Virus record (IMG/VR): IMGVR_UViG_3300032225_000350
Span: 1 to 32,159 of that record
Reading direction: 5' to 3' (one strand)
Source of the DNA: a virus
Taxonomy: Duplodnaviria; Caudoviricetes
DNA length: 32,159 nt
The number at the start of each line of letters is the position of its first letter. The stretch's first letter is position 1. The notes beneath the pieces are model-generated. The model saw only the letters and a list, made by a program, of their open reading frames with translations, had not been told where the DNA came from and made no database searches. This document shows positions 15,804-25,376 of this stretch, in pieces. The translations under genes and the position numbers were made by a program.

Positions 15804-16396
15804 TAGTACTGCAAACTAAAATCTATAATTTCACCATCTTTAAAATGGGTAATAACTTTAAGCCAATATGCTTTCGGCACAACTTGACATCCAGCGCTCC
15901 AATTGTCAATAAAATTACCAAGTCCTGCCTGATGAAAATTAATTCCAAACAATCCTTTTTGGATTACTTTTTCATCTATATTAGCATCTTTATTCCCATC
16001 ACGAAAGATTTGAATAGGTTTGATTTGTTGAAAATAAGGACAACCTAACCATAAAGATTTCCAATTTGCAGACGTTTTGAATTGATGTGATCCTTGAACG
16101 TACTGAGCCATTGCAATTGCAGTTCCTGTTACCCCACCATAGGTAATAGGGTTTTGAATGTAGTGCTTACCAGCAGTTGTTGAACACGGGAATACTTCGG
16201 CAACTTCACCATTCACCCACAACACCCCAAAATCGTCAAAAGTATTGGTTAGTTTTTTATCGCATCTTACCCAAGTTATGCCTTTGGTTTGGTTAAATAC
16301 ATATTTTTTTATTTCGGTTTTTGTTTTATCACCGATAACCCCATCGACCTTTAAATTGCAGCCGCATTTATTCAGATATTGTTGTACTTGTTTCAT
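15803..16396 (-). CDS. Endolysin: peptidoglycan-binding N-terminus plus an L,D-transpeptidase-like domain
   Basis: VQQYLN...LKVDGVIGDKT binding motif and a GINFH...WSAGCQV His/Cys motif. Confidence 0.75.
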   Translation of the reverse strand: MKQVQQYLNKCGCNLKVDGVIGDKTKTEIKKYVFNQTKGITWVRCDKKLTNTFDDFGVLWVNGEVAEVFPCSTTAGKHYIQNPITYGGVTGTAIAMAQYVQGSHQFKTSANWKSLWLGCPYFQQIKPIQIFRDGNKDANIDEKVIQKGLFGINFHQAGLGNFIDNWSAGCQVVPKAYWLKVITHFKDGEIIDFSLQY

Positions 16397-16589
16397 CTAT
16401 TAACCTTTTTAAATACCATTCTGCTTTTTGTAAATCTTCAACTCCGCCCTTTCTGTCATATCGCCAAATATACTTCATTATATTGCCTTTAAGATAACCT
16501 TTGAATGCTTCTTTACTCATTGCAGATTTAATTGCTTCAATGCACTCAATACTACCCTCGTAGTGTGCAGGTTTATTTATTTTATCCAT
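16368..16589 (-). CDS. DUF3310/SaV-like protein
   Basis: INKPAHY...IECIEAI...GNIMKYIWRY..KGGVEDLQKAEWYL. Confidence 0.85.
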   Translation of the reverse strand: MDKINKPAHYEGSIECIEAIKSAMSKEAFKGYLKGNIMKYIWRYDRKGGVEDLQKAEWYLKRLIDETSTTISE

Positions 16590-16792
16590 TTCTTACAAAA
16601 GTCTTCAAAATCTAAATCAATTATAAATGTGTGACCACTGATATAATGTATTTCAGTATAATCCCAATGTTTATTTGCTGCTACAATGTAACCCGTATCA
16701 AGGATTGCATCTTCCAAAAACTCGCATGATTCTTCTTTGTCTTCATAAACTGAATCTGCAAGTATAACGATATGACATTTTATTTTAGGCAC
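16577..16792 (-). CDS. Hypothetical protein
   Basis: 71-aa ORF overlapping its neighbours. Confidence 0.7.
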   Translation of the reverse strand: MPKIKCHIVILADSVYEDKEESCEFLEDAILDTGYIVAANKHWDYTEIHYISGHTFIIDLDFEDFCKKWIK

Positions 16793-17630
16793 GATATGTA
16801 AATGCGTTAATTACAGTATAATGATTTTTATCCTTAAACTTTCTTTCAGGGCAAATTTCTAACCACCTTCCCCCAAGTGGCTTTGGCGTTGCTCCTCTTT
16901 CTACGTGCCATCCACCTAAACCATTGTTATATTCTTCTTTGTATGTTGCCGTACGAACCATTAATATGTTACGTAATTCAATTGTATAATGTCTTGTTAA
17001 AAATTCATTTGTGTAAATTACCTCGTTGCATTCGTGTACGTGTCCCATCCATATCAAATCTGCTCCTTCTATAAAAGTTGACATTCTATTGAATTGTATA
17101 ACGCCCCTCGTAACTGGTCCACCCCCACCAGCGCCATGAAAGTACTTGATTTTGAAGTTTTTACGAATTACTTTGCCATCTAAAAAATTGTAAATAATCC
17201 ATCCACCATATCCCCCAACTTCAATATTGCTGCCACATTCTCTATTTAAACCAAAAACAAATCGTTGTATTACGTCTGTTTCTTGCCTTTTGATAATATT
17301 CGTTTCGTGGTTACCATAACCAACTACTTTAATAATATGAGCATAAGGTTTAAACCATTCAATTGCATCGTTTACAATAGCATCTAAATAGTTATTTACG
17401 TTGTGTTCAGGTCGGATGTCGGATTTGGATTTTCGAAAATCATAGGCTCCTTGCATAAGGCAAAAAGTATCTCCGTTTAAATGAACATCGTGATTACCAG
17501 CAAGTGCTAAATCTAAATGTTTTTTCAATAGTACCCTATCACACTTGGGATTATCCCAGTGCAAATCCGAGAGCAAAAGAACCTTTCTATTTTCAAAAGG
17601 AACAACAAATTTATGTACGTTATTTTTCAT
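16785..17630 (-). CDS. Calcineurin-like metallophosphoesterase
   Basis: DLH, GD, GNHE, HG and GHVH motifs. Confidence 0.9.
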   Translation of the reverse strand: MKNNVHKFVVPFENRKVLLLSDLHWDNPKCDRVLLKKHLDLALAGNHDVHLNGDTFCLMQGAYDFRKSKSDIRPEHNVNNYLDAIVNDAIEWFKPYAHIIKVVGYGNHETNIIKRQETDVIQRFVFGLNRECGSNIEVGGYGGWIIYNFLDGKVIRKNFKIKYFHGAGGGGPVTRGVIQFNRMSTFIEGADLIWMGHVHECNEVIYTNEFLTRHYTIELRNILMVRTATYKEEYNNGLGGWHVERGATPKPLGGRWLEICPERKFKDKNHYTVINAFTYRA

Positions 17631-17947
17631 TTAAAGATGTAAAATATTGTCACAATGATGGCATAAATAGTGACAGAGTAAAATCGTTCTTTAACTACTT
17701 TATTTTCTTGTTTAACTTCGCATATCCCAAATTCTAAATCTGTAATCGTACTATCTAAAAACTTTATATGTGTGCTATCGTTTTGAATCTTTGCCTTTAA
17801 GATTCTATTTTCTTCACGTGCTTTTGCACCTTTAATCAAATAAAGGTTTACGCTCTTGACTGTCAATGAATCGATGCAAATTGATTGCCCTTTGCAAAAA
17901 CTCGGTGCTATAAAAAGAATCAGCCAAATGTATTTCGATAGTGTCAT
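17627..17947 (-). CDS. Membrane coiled-coil protein, possible spanin component
   Basis: Signal-like N-terminus, coiled coil and C-terminal TM segment; overlaps the upstream membrane gene. Confidence 0.5.
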   Translation of the reverse strand: MTLSKYIWLILFIAPSFCKGQSICIDSLTVKSVNLYLIKGAKAREENRILKAKIQNDSTHIKFLDSTITDLEFGICEVKQENKVVKERFYSVTIYAIIVTIFYIFK

Positions 17948-18116
17948 ATTTGATTTTTAATTTTTGTTTCTCTTTGATGATGATTTTTTCTTTGTAGAAA
18001 TAAAGTGTATCAATACTGCGCTTGGTATTATTATTATAAACCACACGCTTATCATAGAAATACAATATGCTACAAAGGAATATCGCAATAAGACTCGGTA
18101 TAAGGTACTTCAACAT
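17832..18116 (-). CDS. N-terminally anchored membrane protein, possible spanin component
   Basis: TM segment YLIPSLIAIFLCSILYFY; likely start MLKYL. Confidence 0.5.
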   Translation of the reverse strand: MLKYLIPSLIAIFLCSILYFYDKRVVYNNNTKRSIDTLYFYKEKIIIKEKQKLKIKYDTIEIHLADSFYSTEFLQRAINLHRFIDSQERKPLFD

Positions 18117-18504
18117 TGATTTCAACTCCATATCCTGCTAATATATCTGATTTATTATCCATGATTGCCTCAGCATTGCCATTAACACTAAAAAACACTT
18201 CATCTTCGTAAGTATTTCTTTTGCATAGTGTAATAATGTCTTGCATAATTAGTGCCGTGTCGCTTAACACTTCAATCATATTTGTTTGACTTTCAAAATG
18301 CCTATCCAAAACCATAAGCATAAAATTGTAAACGACTTTTTTCCCCTCAGTATCAAAATTGAACCCATTAGGGACTAACCACACCAATGGGTAAAACTTT
18401 AAATTTTCCTCAGTAAAGTCAAGTTCACCAACAATAAACTTATTTACTTGTTTGTGGCTTTCCGCTGCAATTTGTATCTTCGATATTATCTGATTTAATG
18501 TCAT
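18070..18504 (-). CDS. Putative tail terminator
   Basis: Size, YPLVWL motif and position after the connector. Confidence 0.55.
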   Translation of the reverse strand: MTLNQIISKIQIAAESHKQVNKFIVGELDFTEENLKFYPLVWLVPNGFNFDTEGKKVVYNFMLMVLDRHFESQTNMIEVLSDTALIMQDIITLCKRNTYEDEVFFSVNGNAEAIMDNKSDILAGYGVEINVEVPYTESYCDIPL

Positions 18505-18527
18505 TTAGAAAGTTTAAAAGTTTTTTT

Positions 18528-19103
18528 TCATTTTTTAATCGGACTTTCCCCTTTTGGGAAATCGTAGTTTTTGAAGTCTTCATCATTATTAGGTGGTAAA
18601 TAAATTCCTCCGAAAATTTGGGTGTTGTGTGGTCTTATTGTATCAATTGTACTACCAGGATTAAAGAATAAAGGATAAACTGTGCTATTCGCTTGTAAAA
18701 ATTCTCTCAATCTTTGTGCGTAGTATTCTGCTTTGTCTCTATATCTACGTTCAATCAATGTCATTTCATCAATTGTAACTGGTTGTGTGTTGTCTGATGT
18801 CCTTGTTCCTAATGTCTTATTTAGCATTTTAAAGGTCATAGGTAACATGGATTCAGTTAATGTGTAGTATTTTAAACATGGTGCAATATAACTATCTAAA
18901 AGTGTCTTATTTGCCGTGCTTAATGTGTTATTAAATGCTTGTGTTTGTAACTCATTATAAATTCCACTACCAACAACATCACGAATATAGATTTCTTGGG
19001 CTTCTTGAATAGCATTTTTTAAAATCTTATCATCTACATTTTCATTTATAGGTGTATGTTCCTTTAAAAAAGTACTGCTTATAAAATATACAAAGTTGCT
19101 CAT
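18528..19103 (-). CDS. Putative head-tail connector/adaptor
   Basis: Helical 191-aa protein directly downstream of the portal. Confidence 0.6.
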   Translation of the reverse strand: MSNFVYFISSTFLKEHTPINENVDDKILKNAIQEAQEIYIRDVVGSGIYNELQTQAFNNTLSTANKTLLDSYIAPCLKYYTLTESMLPMTFKMLNKTLGTRTSDNTQPVTIDEMTLIERRYRDKAEYYAQRLREFLQANSTVYPLFFNPGSTIDTIRPHNTQIFGGIYLPPNNDEDFKNYDFPKGESPIKK

Positions 19104-20836
19104 ATCTTTTTTCTTACTAATTTACTATTCCAAATGTGTCTGCAATGGTTGATGTGAACCGTTGTTTCCGGTATTGTATACCATCCACCCCTTTCTGTCC
19201 AAATATCCCTACCTACTCTCGCACTAATTGTATCAATTTCACTTCTTAAATACAAACGATTTGCACCTACCATTTGCCTACAAAATTCACGTGATGTTTT
19301 TATGATTTTACGTTCACCACTAAATGCAGGATCTAATGCGTATTCGTATCTAATTTCAATTTGCTGGTCACTTACTTTCTTCAATTCTGACGTACCTAAT
19401 TTTGAAACTGATAGTTTACCTTGAACATCGTCTATAAGTCCGTTAGAAGTCATCTGTGCAATAGTATCGACTACTTTTTTTGTATCTACTTTTAAATACT
19501 TTGCAAGTTCACCCGTTGTTATCCCATCGTTTGCGTTTAGTAGTTGCAAAATTGCAGTTTCAGTTGCAGAAGCAAATTGCATTTTTACTTCTTCAAAGTT
19601 TTCTTTGTCTTCGCCACATTCCATAAACATATTTACAACATCATCTTCGCTATATGCACTTGACATTGCTTGTGGCGTTGCTTCAATAGGTTCAAACCCT
19701 AATTCAATTCTTGCTTCGTTTTGAGTAATTACACCCTTTGTAAATAAGTCAATATAATCTTGCCCGATAGGTGGTTTGTTGATTGTTACAACTTGGCAAG
19801 GTATAGCATATTTTAAAATTGAATTTAAAGCTGAATCAAATTGCTTTTGTCTTGGTTCGATATACGCTTGTTGAAATAACTCGTATGCTTCAATAAGTTC
19901 GTTACGTTGTCCCAAAGCTCCCGCAGTAGAAATACCAAATAAAACGGGGTTTGAAATACGATGACCTACAAATATTTCATCTCTTACTGTGTCATTTAAT
20001 TGTAAAAATTGTTTGTCAAAATCACTTGGTTGCAAGTTGGTTATTTCTGCGGCTCGTTCACTTGGTTCGTTATAACCGATAATCATTCCACCGGCATTGT
20101 GTGTACCCGTCTTTTGAGATTTAAAACGTCTTTCAGTTAATCTCATTTCTTCGGGTGTTGGAATACCTTTGAAAAATTGTATTAACGTTTGTGCTGAAAA
20201 TCCGTTTTTAATTGAATTAAAATGCCAATTTTGAATCTCACTATCTATTTCAATATACCTTAATGCACCAATATATGATGGTAATGGGTATTCTTTTTGA
20301 CCAGCACGATATAACTTGAAGTAAAATACTTGTTTATTTTCACGTGTATTAGAGTTAAAATAAGGATATTCGCATATTTCTGAACGTTGGTTTTGCCAAT
20401 CTTCGCTATAATATGCACAATCTTTGCCTAATCTAACATTTTGAAAAGGTAAATGGTAGTATTCTGCGGGTTTAGTCTTCGCTTTATTCCAAATTACTTC
20501 TACTGCAAACCCATCAAATAACTCAAAGTCTTGTGCTAATTTAGATTTAAGGTTTTCAAAGTCTTCATAAGCATTGATATTTGCCAAAAAATCTTCGGTA
20601 ATTGCTACATCTATTGTGTTTTTACCTTTTATATCAGTATTTGCCCCTACAATATATGCTGCTTTTTGGTTAATAATAGCATTGTGTTTAGGACTACTAT
20701 TATAAAGTCTTATTAATTCTTGTGGATATAGATTATCTAACCCATAAGTGATATAACCCTTTGCTTTATTCTCTTTAAATATCGGTAAACTATCATCTAA
20801 AAATGAAAGTCGGTGTAAGTTAAATTTGTTTTCCAT
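19100..20836 (-). CDS. Portal protein with a C-terminal extension (wHTH plus Cys/His domain)
   Basis: LYNSSPKHNAII, YPLPSY and NSIKNGFS patterns typical of portals of this phage type. Confidence 0.85.
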   Translation of the reverse strand: MENKFNLHRLSFLDDSLPIFKENKAKGYITYGLDNLYPQELIRLYNSSPKHNAIINQKAAYIVGANTDIKGKNTIDVAITEDFLANINAYEDFENLKSKLAQDFELFDGFAVEVIWNKAKTKPAEYYHLPFQNVRLGKDCAYYSEDWQNQRSEICEYPYFNSNTRENKQVFYFKLYRAGQKEYPLPSYIGALRYIEIDSEIQNWHFNSIKNGFSAQTLIQFFKGIPTPEEMRLTERRFKSQKTGTHNAGGMIIGYNEPSERAAEITNLQPSDFDKQFLQLNDTVRDEIFVGHRISNPVLFGISTAGALGQRNELIEAYELFQQAYIEPRQKQFDSALNSILKYAIPCQVVTINKPPIGQDYIDLFTKGVITQNEARIELGFEPIEATPQAMSSAYSEDDVVNMFMECGEDKENFEEVKMQFASATETAILQLLNANDGITTGELAKYLKVDTKKVVDTIAQMTSNGLIDDVQGKLSVSKLGTSELKKVSDQQIEIRYEYALDPAFSGERKIIKTSREFCRQMVGANRLYLRSEIDTISARVGRDIWTERGGWYTIPETTVHINHCRHIWNSKLVRKKI

Positions 20837-21008
20837 CTGTAAAGAAATTAGTTATAAATTTTCCAATTGCACCAATTACACCCGAAATTATCATCAACTT
20901 AGGATTGTCTAAATTCTGAGATGCAATAAATAACGAAGCCGCTGCAATGCTATCCCCTAATATTCTGAATCTTTTTGGTGTTGGTTGAAAATATCCTTTA
21001 AGTTTCAT
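20820..21008 (-). CDS. Putative holin (2 TM), likely start MKLKGYF
   Basis: 62 aa with two hydrophobic helices. Confidence 0.55.
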   Translation of the reverse strand: MKLKGYFQPTPKRFRILGDSIAAASLFIASQNLDNPKLMIISGVIGAIGKFITNFFTDGKQI

Positions 21009-21181
21009 TTTTTTGTTTTTAAATAGTAGTAACGGATTGCAAAACAAGCCGAAATAATAGCCATTATACCCGCTGCAAATGAAACAAGGGGCTGTAATAA
21101 GGTTGCATAGTGTGTTATGGCACTTATCATTGTGGCGGTCATTGCTCCTTCAGCTGCGGTGTCGTTTAGGTTGTTATTCAT
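21005..21181 (-). CDS. 58-aa membrane protein (holin-like), not in the ORF track
   Basis: MNNNLNDTAAEGAM...LLQPLVSFAAGIMAIISACFAIRYYYLKTKK; ATGA coupling at both ends. Confidence 0.65.
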   Translation of the reverse strand: MNNNLNDTAAEGAMTATMISAITHYATLLQPLVSFAAGIMAIISACFAIRYYYLKTKK

Positions 21182-21399
21182 GGCAAAAATAGTGGGGTTG
21201 GTTTAGGTGTAAATTCTGATTTCTGTAAATCAAATAACCACATAAATTCTGTATTTTGAAATTCAATTTTATCTGAATCATTTGCAAAAAAGAACCATTT
21301 ATCGTTAATGTCTTGAACGCAGTTGATAAATTGAAAGGGGTTAATGAATTTCCCTTGTACTTTATTTTTTTGTTCAGTTGTTAAAATATATCCTACCAT
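21178..21399 (-). CDS. Small hypothetical protein next to the fibre genes (likely start MVGYILT)
   Basis: The ATG overlaps the stop of the upstream gene. Confidence 0.65.
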   Translation of the reverse strand: MVGYILTTEQKNKVQGKFINPFQFINCVQDINDKWFFFANDSDKIEFQNTEFMWLFDLQKSEFTPKPTPLFLP

Positions 21400-22178
21400 T
21401 ATACTTGTCTTGAAAGTGTAGTTTGAAATGCTTGTACAGCTGTATACAGATTTACTGCTTGTGTATCGGTTAATCCATCTGAATAATAGGCAAAAGCATA
21501 ACGTGCAGATGCCCATTCAACACCACCATTGAAGCGATTTGCTCCTAAATATGAATTACTACTTGGAATCGTTCCAGCTGTAGTTTTTGTTAATTTTGCC
21601 ACCCCATTTTTATATCCCTTACTTGTGCCATCTAAAGCGTTTGTCATAAATAAACCAAGATGTGATAATTCAGAGTATGTTTGCGTTTGAACCGTTGAAA
21701 ATGCAATAGATACTTCACTAGTTGCCGTACTTTGTAAATAATATAAACTATCCAAAGCAGCATAAAAGGCAATATCTGAACCTCCTGATGTCCATAAATT
21801 TCGATAAACCCCTATTGAAAAACTTGATGATGATAAATTTGTACTTGGATTAAATGTTGTATCCATATAATCACTTGTTCCATTTGGCTTTGCACCTAAA
21901 TTTGTAAATTGCCAATTAGTCGTAAACGTACCATTAAAAGTATTACTTTTTAAATTTTGAGCGCATGATTCTTTACTTCCCCCTACCATTGGATAAATTA
22001 CTTTCATAGGTGTCCAAAGTGAATTTGCTTTTAAATCTAAAATAAGTTGATTTGTAGCGATTTTTTCCGTTGTTGAAAGTGAACCACCCGCAGCGGTTAC
22101 TCTCGCAAAAAATGCTGCTGCATCTGCATCAAATGATGCAATCTGTGAACCTATTATCCCGTGACTTGCTAAAATCAT
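21399..22178 (-). CDS. Putative receptor-binding/tail-associated protein (concanavalin/LamG-like)
   Basis: DADAAAFFARV N-terminus and beta-rich C-terminus; follows the fibre gene. Confidence 0.6.
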   Translation of the reverse strand: MILASHGIIGSQIASFDADAAAFFARVTAAGGSLSTTEKIATNQLILDLKANSLWTPMKVIYPMVGGSKESCAQNLKSNTFNGTFTTNWQFTNLGAKPNGTSDYMDTTFNPSTNLSSSSFSIGVYRNLWTSGGSDIAFYAALDSLYYLQSTATSEVSIAFSTVQTQTYSELSHLGLFMTNALDGTSKGYKNGVAKLTKTTAGTIPSSNSYLGANRFNGGVEWASARYAFAYYSDGLTDTQAVNLYTAVQAFQTTLSRQV

Positions 22179-23383
22179 GCTGTTATATCTCCAAATAAAT
22201 AAGCCTCAGTTGCACTAACAAAAACTAAACTAGCCCCTGAATATTGAGCACTTAATTTTAATTTTCCCCCATTACTTCTAATTGTCATTCCTGAACCTGC
22301 AACAACCGTTGTTTGACCTGCGCCGTACTGAGCTAAAAGTATCTGATTACCAGCGGCAAAAACAGAAGCTGGCACAGTTAAATTGTTCGCACTTGCAACG
22401 TTCATTTCAACAATTTTATCGGCATCACCTAAAACAAGTGTATAACTTGCAGTTTGACGATTTGCTACGATTAATTTATTTGTTTTTAAATCGAGTGCGG
22501 TTTGTGTTGCAGTGCTTACTGGTTTATTTGCATCCGATGTGTTATCTACATTTCCTAAACCGACATCCCCTTTGGCTAAATCTATATTACCACTACCAAC
22601 TAAACTTTGACCTTCAACTGTTTTAATGTTTGTGCCACTTACTAAAGTTGATTGAACTGCAATATCCCCACTACCTAAAAGCGTAGTTGAATTGATTGTT
22701 TTAATATTAGTTGCACTTACAAGTGTATCCTGCTTACTTGCAGCTAAACCACTATATTGACTATTTGTAGCATTATCACCCGTATTTGTACCGCTTAAAT
22801 TTGAAGCAGCAATATTTCCCGTAAAAGTATCACCGCTTAATCTTGCATGATTTTGCCATGATCCATTTGCATAAAATTCATCTCTTTGAGTATCGGTGTT
22901 GTACCTACGCATTCCATTTGAAGGACTTGCTGGTCTTTGTGCAGTTGTACCTTGTGGCAATTGAAAATAACCTGTATTTGTATTATTAATATCTCCCGAA
23001 ATACTATCACCGGCACGATTTAAAGGCGTATAACCTAATGCAGTTTGAAATACACTTACTGCCCAATCATAAACTGATTTTACTGATGGATATTTTGTAT
23101 TACTTGTTCTATCTGAATTTAAAGTTGTAGACTTATTTGCAGTATCTTCTGGGGTGTAACCTAAACTATTCTGTTTAGCATTTAAAGCAGTTTGGGTTGC
23201 ATCTGATACAGGTTTATTAGCATCGCTTGTATTATTAACATTATTTAACGACAAAGCCGTTTTTAACGCAGTAGGTGTAATCTTTTTAGTTTCAGTTTCG
23301 CTAGTATCGACAATAGGGAAAAAATCCGCCGTGTTGTCTACTGTGACGATTGTGGTTAATTCACTTATTCTTTTATCAGCCAT
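22175..23383 (-). CDS. Tail fibre-like protein with internal repeats
   Basis: MADKRISEL start; two NVxNTSDANKPVSxATQTAL repeats and two TLVSxTNIKT...GSGxI repeats. Confidence 0.75.
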   Translation of the reverse strand: MADKRISELTTIVTVDNTADFFPIVDTSETETKKITPTALKTALSLNNVNNTSDANKPVSDATQTALNAKQNSLGYTPEDTANKSTTLNSDRTSNTKYPSVKSVYDWAVSVFQTALGYTPLNRAGDSISGDINNTNTGYFQLPQGTTAQRPASPSNGMRRYNTDTQRDEFYANGSWQNHARLSGDTFTGNIAASNLSGTNTGDNATNSQYSGLAASKQDTLVSATNIKTINSTTLLGSGDIAVQSTLVSGTNIKTVEGQSLVGSGNIDLAKGDVGLGNVDNTSDANKPVSTATQTALDLKTNKLIVANRQTASYTLVLGDADKIVEMNVASANNLTVPASVFAAGNQILLAQYGAGQTTVVAGSGMTIRSNGGKLKLSAQYSGASLVFVSATEAYLFGDITA

Positions 23384-23832
23384 TATAATATAATTTTATT
23401 TCCATTTTCTTGTAATAAAAATCCACCATTTTCCAAAAGCAAATATGCCATTTGATTAATGCCATCTACTTCATATATTTTTTCTGTTAAATCTACTTCA
23501 TATTCATTTGTTGCTAAATCCCCAAGTAAAAGTTTAAATAACCCTTCCTCAACTAATTCATTTGCTAAAGCAGGTTCTAAATTTGTAGTTGAAGTTTGAG
23601 CATATACAAAGTAATTATACTCCCCACAATCTAAATTAAATGTACTACCTTCTGTTACTGCAAATTTGTTGTACCTTTCTTTGTATGCAGAAATATCGGT
23701 AATTAATACATTTGTTTGAACTTCCGTAATGCGGTGAACAAAACTAAATAAGAATTTAGGATTTGCAATTGTCACTTTTTCTGTAAGTGTCAAATACCAA
23801 TTTTTTGATTCTCCTTTAGTTATTAGTAGCAT
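23383..23832 (-). CDS. Virion structural protein
   Basis: Lies under a late promoter; C-terminal LLLENGGFLLQE motif. Confidence 0.6.
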   Translation of the reverse strand: MLLITKGESKNWYLTLTEKVTIANPKFLFSFVHRITEVQTNVLITDISAYKERYNKFAVTEGSTFNLDCGEYNYFVYAQTSTTNLEPALANELVEEGLFKLLLGDLATNEYEVDLTEKIYEVDGINQMAYLLLENGGFLLQENGNKIIL

Positions 23833-23838
23833 TATTAT

Positions 23839-23866
23839 TAAATTAGCATTTTTACAAATTTGTTAC
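23839..23866 (-). promoter_or_regulatory. Putative late promoter GTAACAAA-N12-CTAATTTA
   Basis: Conserved four-copy motif. Confidence 0.8.
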
Positions 23867-23869
23867 AAT

Positions 23870-23896
23870 AAAAAAAGGGTAGCATTTACGCTACCC
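23870..23896 (-). terminator. Rho-independent terminator after the major tail gene
   Basis: GGGUAGC/GCUACCC stem followed by U7. Confidence 0.85.
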
Positions 23897-23920
23897 CAAT
23901 AAACTATGAAAAAAAACAAC

Positions 23921-24427
23921 TTAAATTCCTAAACTTGTGACTACTGCTCCACTTAATTTATATGGTTGCTCACTATCCATGGCTTGTAAAGTAATTTCGT
24001 AACCATTCAAATCACCAAACGCAGTTCCAGTATTTGCAGTCATTGAAGAAACTTCACATCCACTTTCACGACCTACCAACCAATACTCATCATTATTATT
24101 TTTTACAATGCAAAAAGTTCTACCTTGTGCCAATAATTTTAATTCGTTTCTTTTGGTAGTCGACATTCTACGCAATCTAAATGCTACATCAGTACTATTG
24201 TACACAGTTCCATTCTCAACACTTACATTAGTAGTATTTGTCATAGAACCCGTTGCTTTTGGAATGTCATAAGTGTAAACGTCACCACTTGCGATAGTTG
24301 TAGCAGTCACCTCGCCACTTGCAACTGTGAATCCAGTTTTCGCCCAATTCACCAAGTGAATCGACTTAATACCCCCGACTGCATCTTTGCAGTCAAGGGC
24401 TATACTTTGGGTTAATAAACAAGGCAT
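23921..24427 (-). CDS. Probable major tail (tube) protein
   Basis: CKDAVGGIK and TGTAFGDLNGYEITL patterns; follows the capsid gene. Confidence 0.7.
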   Translation of the reverse strand: MPCLLTQSIALDCKDAVGGIKSIHLVNWAKTGFTVASGEVTATTIASGDVYTYDIPKATGSMTNTTNVSVENGTVYNSTDVAFRLRRMSTTKRNELKLLAQGRTFCIVKNNNDEYWLVGRESGCEVSSMTANTGTAFGDLNGYEITLQAMDSEQPYKLSGAVVTSLGI

Positions 24428-24439
24428 CTATCTATAAAA

Positions 24440-25372
24440 TTAAAGTGTGAAATAAACTACTTGGTCAGGGAATGCAATCTGTGTTCCGTATTTCATTGTC
24501 AAACGGAAACGTACTTCATCAGTATCCATAGAATACCAAATTTTAGCATCTTCTTCTTCATGTGCTAAATCAGTTCCTACAAATAAATTGTCTAAATTAG
24601 TACAAACCATTTTGTTAGTACCGTTCAAACCACCTACACCAATGATTTCTACATTAGTACCCGGCCAAATCATTTTTAATTCACTTGTAGCATCTGCAAC
24701 GTAGTGGTAAAGGTTAGCATTTTTCAAATTAACCAAAGCCAATTTGAAGTTATCTACACCCATAAATAATTTGATATTGTCTTTGTCTGCAATTCTCGCT
24801 GGTACGGCAGCATAGATAGCATCTAAAATAGTACCAATATTAGTAGAAGTAACCGCAGTTACAGAACCAGTATTTCCACTTACAAATGCAGCACTATCAG
24901 TGATAACTTTTAACAACCCATCAAATTTATTGGTGTTAGGGTTAGTATTAGCAGTTGCAGTTGTACCTTGCCACATTGCAATTTCCAATTTCTCAGCAAT
25001 GTTCTTTGATTTTTCCATACCGATTTGTTCTTCAAAAGGAACAGCAGTTGGTGAACCTGGTGCGATTTGTGTTTGCATCCATTTTGCTTCCAAAGTTTTA
25101 GGGCATAAAGTTTCTTCAACTTTAATTTTACCTACTGTGATAACACGTTGTGTGAAGTTAGTTACCCCCGAAGGTGAATATCCACAACCATCAGTTTGGA
25201 AGTAAACATCAGAAGAAAGAATGTTCAAAGCACTTGCAGATTTTACACCTACTTGTACTTGACCAGCATCGTACAATAATTTAGCAGTCTTACCACTAAA
25301 TAATGCTTTTACTAACAAGTCAGTGCTTTGCTCGTTAGTATAGTTAGTTAAACCAGTTACGTTAAATGACAT
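24440..25372 (-). CDS. Major capsid protein
   Basis: 310 aa, after the protease and scaffold; contains FDGLLK. Confidence 0.85.
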   Translation of the reverse strand: MSFNVTGLTNYTNEQSTDLLVKALFSGKTAKLLYDAGQVQVGVKSASALNILSSDVYFQTDGCGYSPSGVTNFTQRVITVGKIKVEETLCPKTLEAKWMQTQIAPGSPTAVPFEEQIGMEKSKNIAEKLEIAMWQGTTATANTNPNTNKFDGLLKVITDSAAFVSGNTGSVTAVTSTNIGTILDAIYAAVPARIADKDNIKLFMGVDNFKLALVNLKNANLYHYVADATSELKMIWPGTNVEIIGVGGLNGTNKMVCTNLDNLFVGTDLAHEEEDAKIWYSMDTDEVRFRLTMKYGTQIAFPDQVVYFTL

Positions 25373-25376
25373 ATTT

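Noticed and set aside
24593-24618. Possible fifth late promoter inside the capsid gene
   Set aside because: The spacer is 10 rather than 12 nt, the upstream box is imperfect, and no start codon is adjacent.
24910-25119. Alternative-frame minus ORF inside the capsid gene (also 31952..32152 inside the tail gene)
   Set aside because: Nested in larger conserved genes, with no supporting signals.
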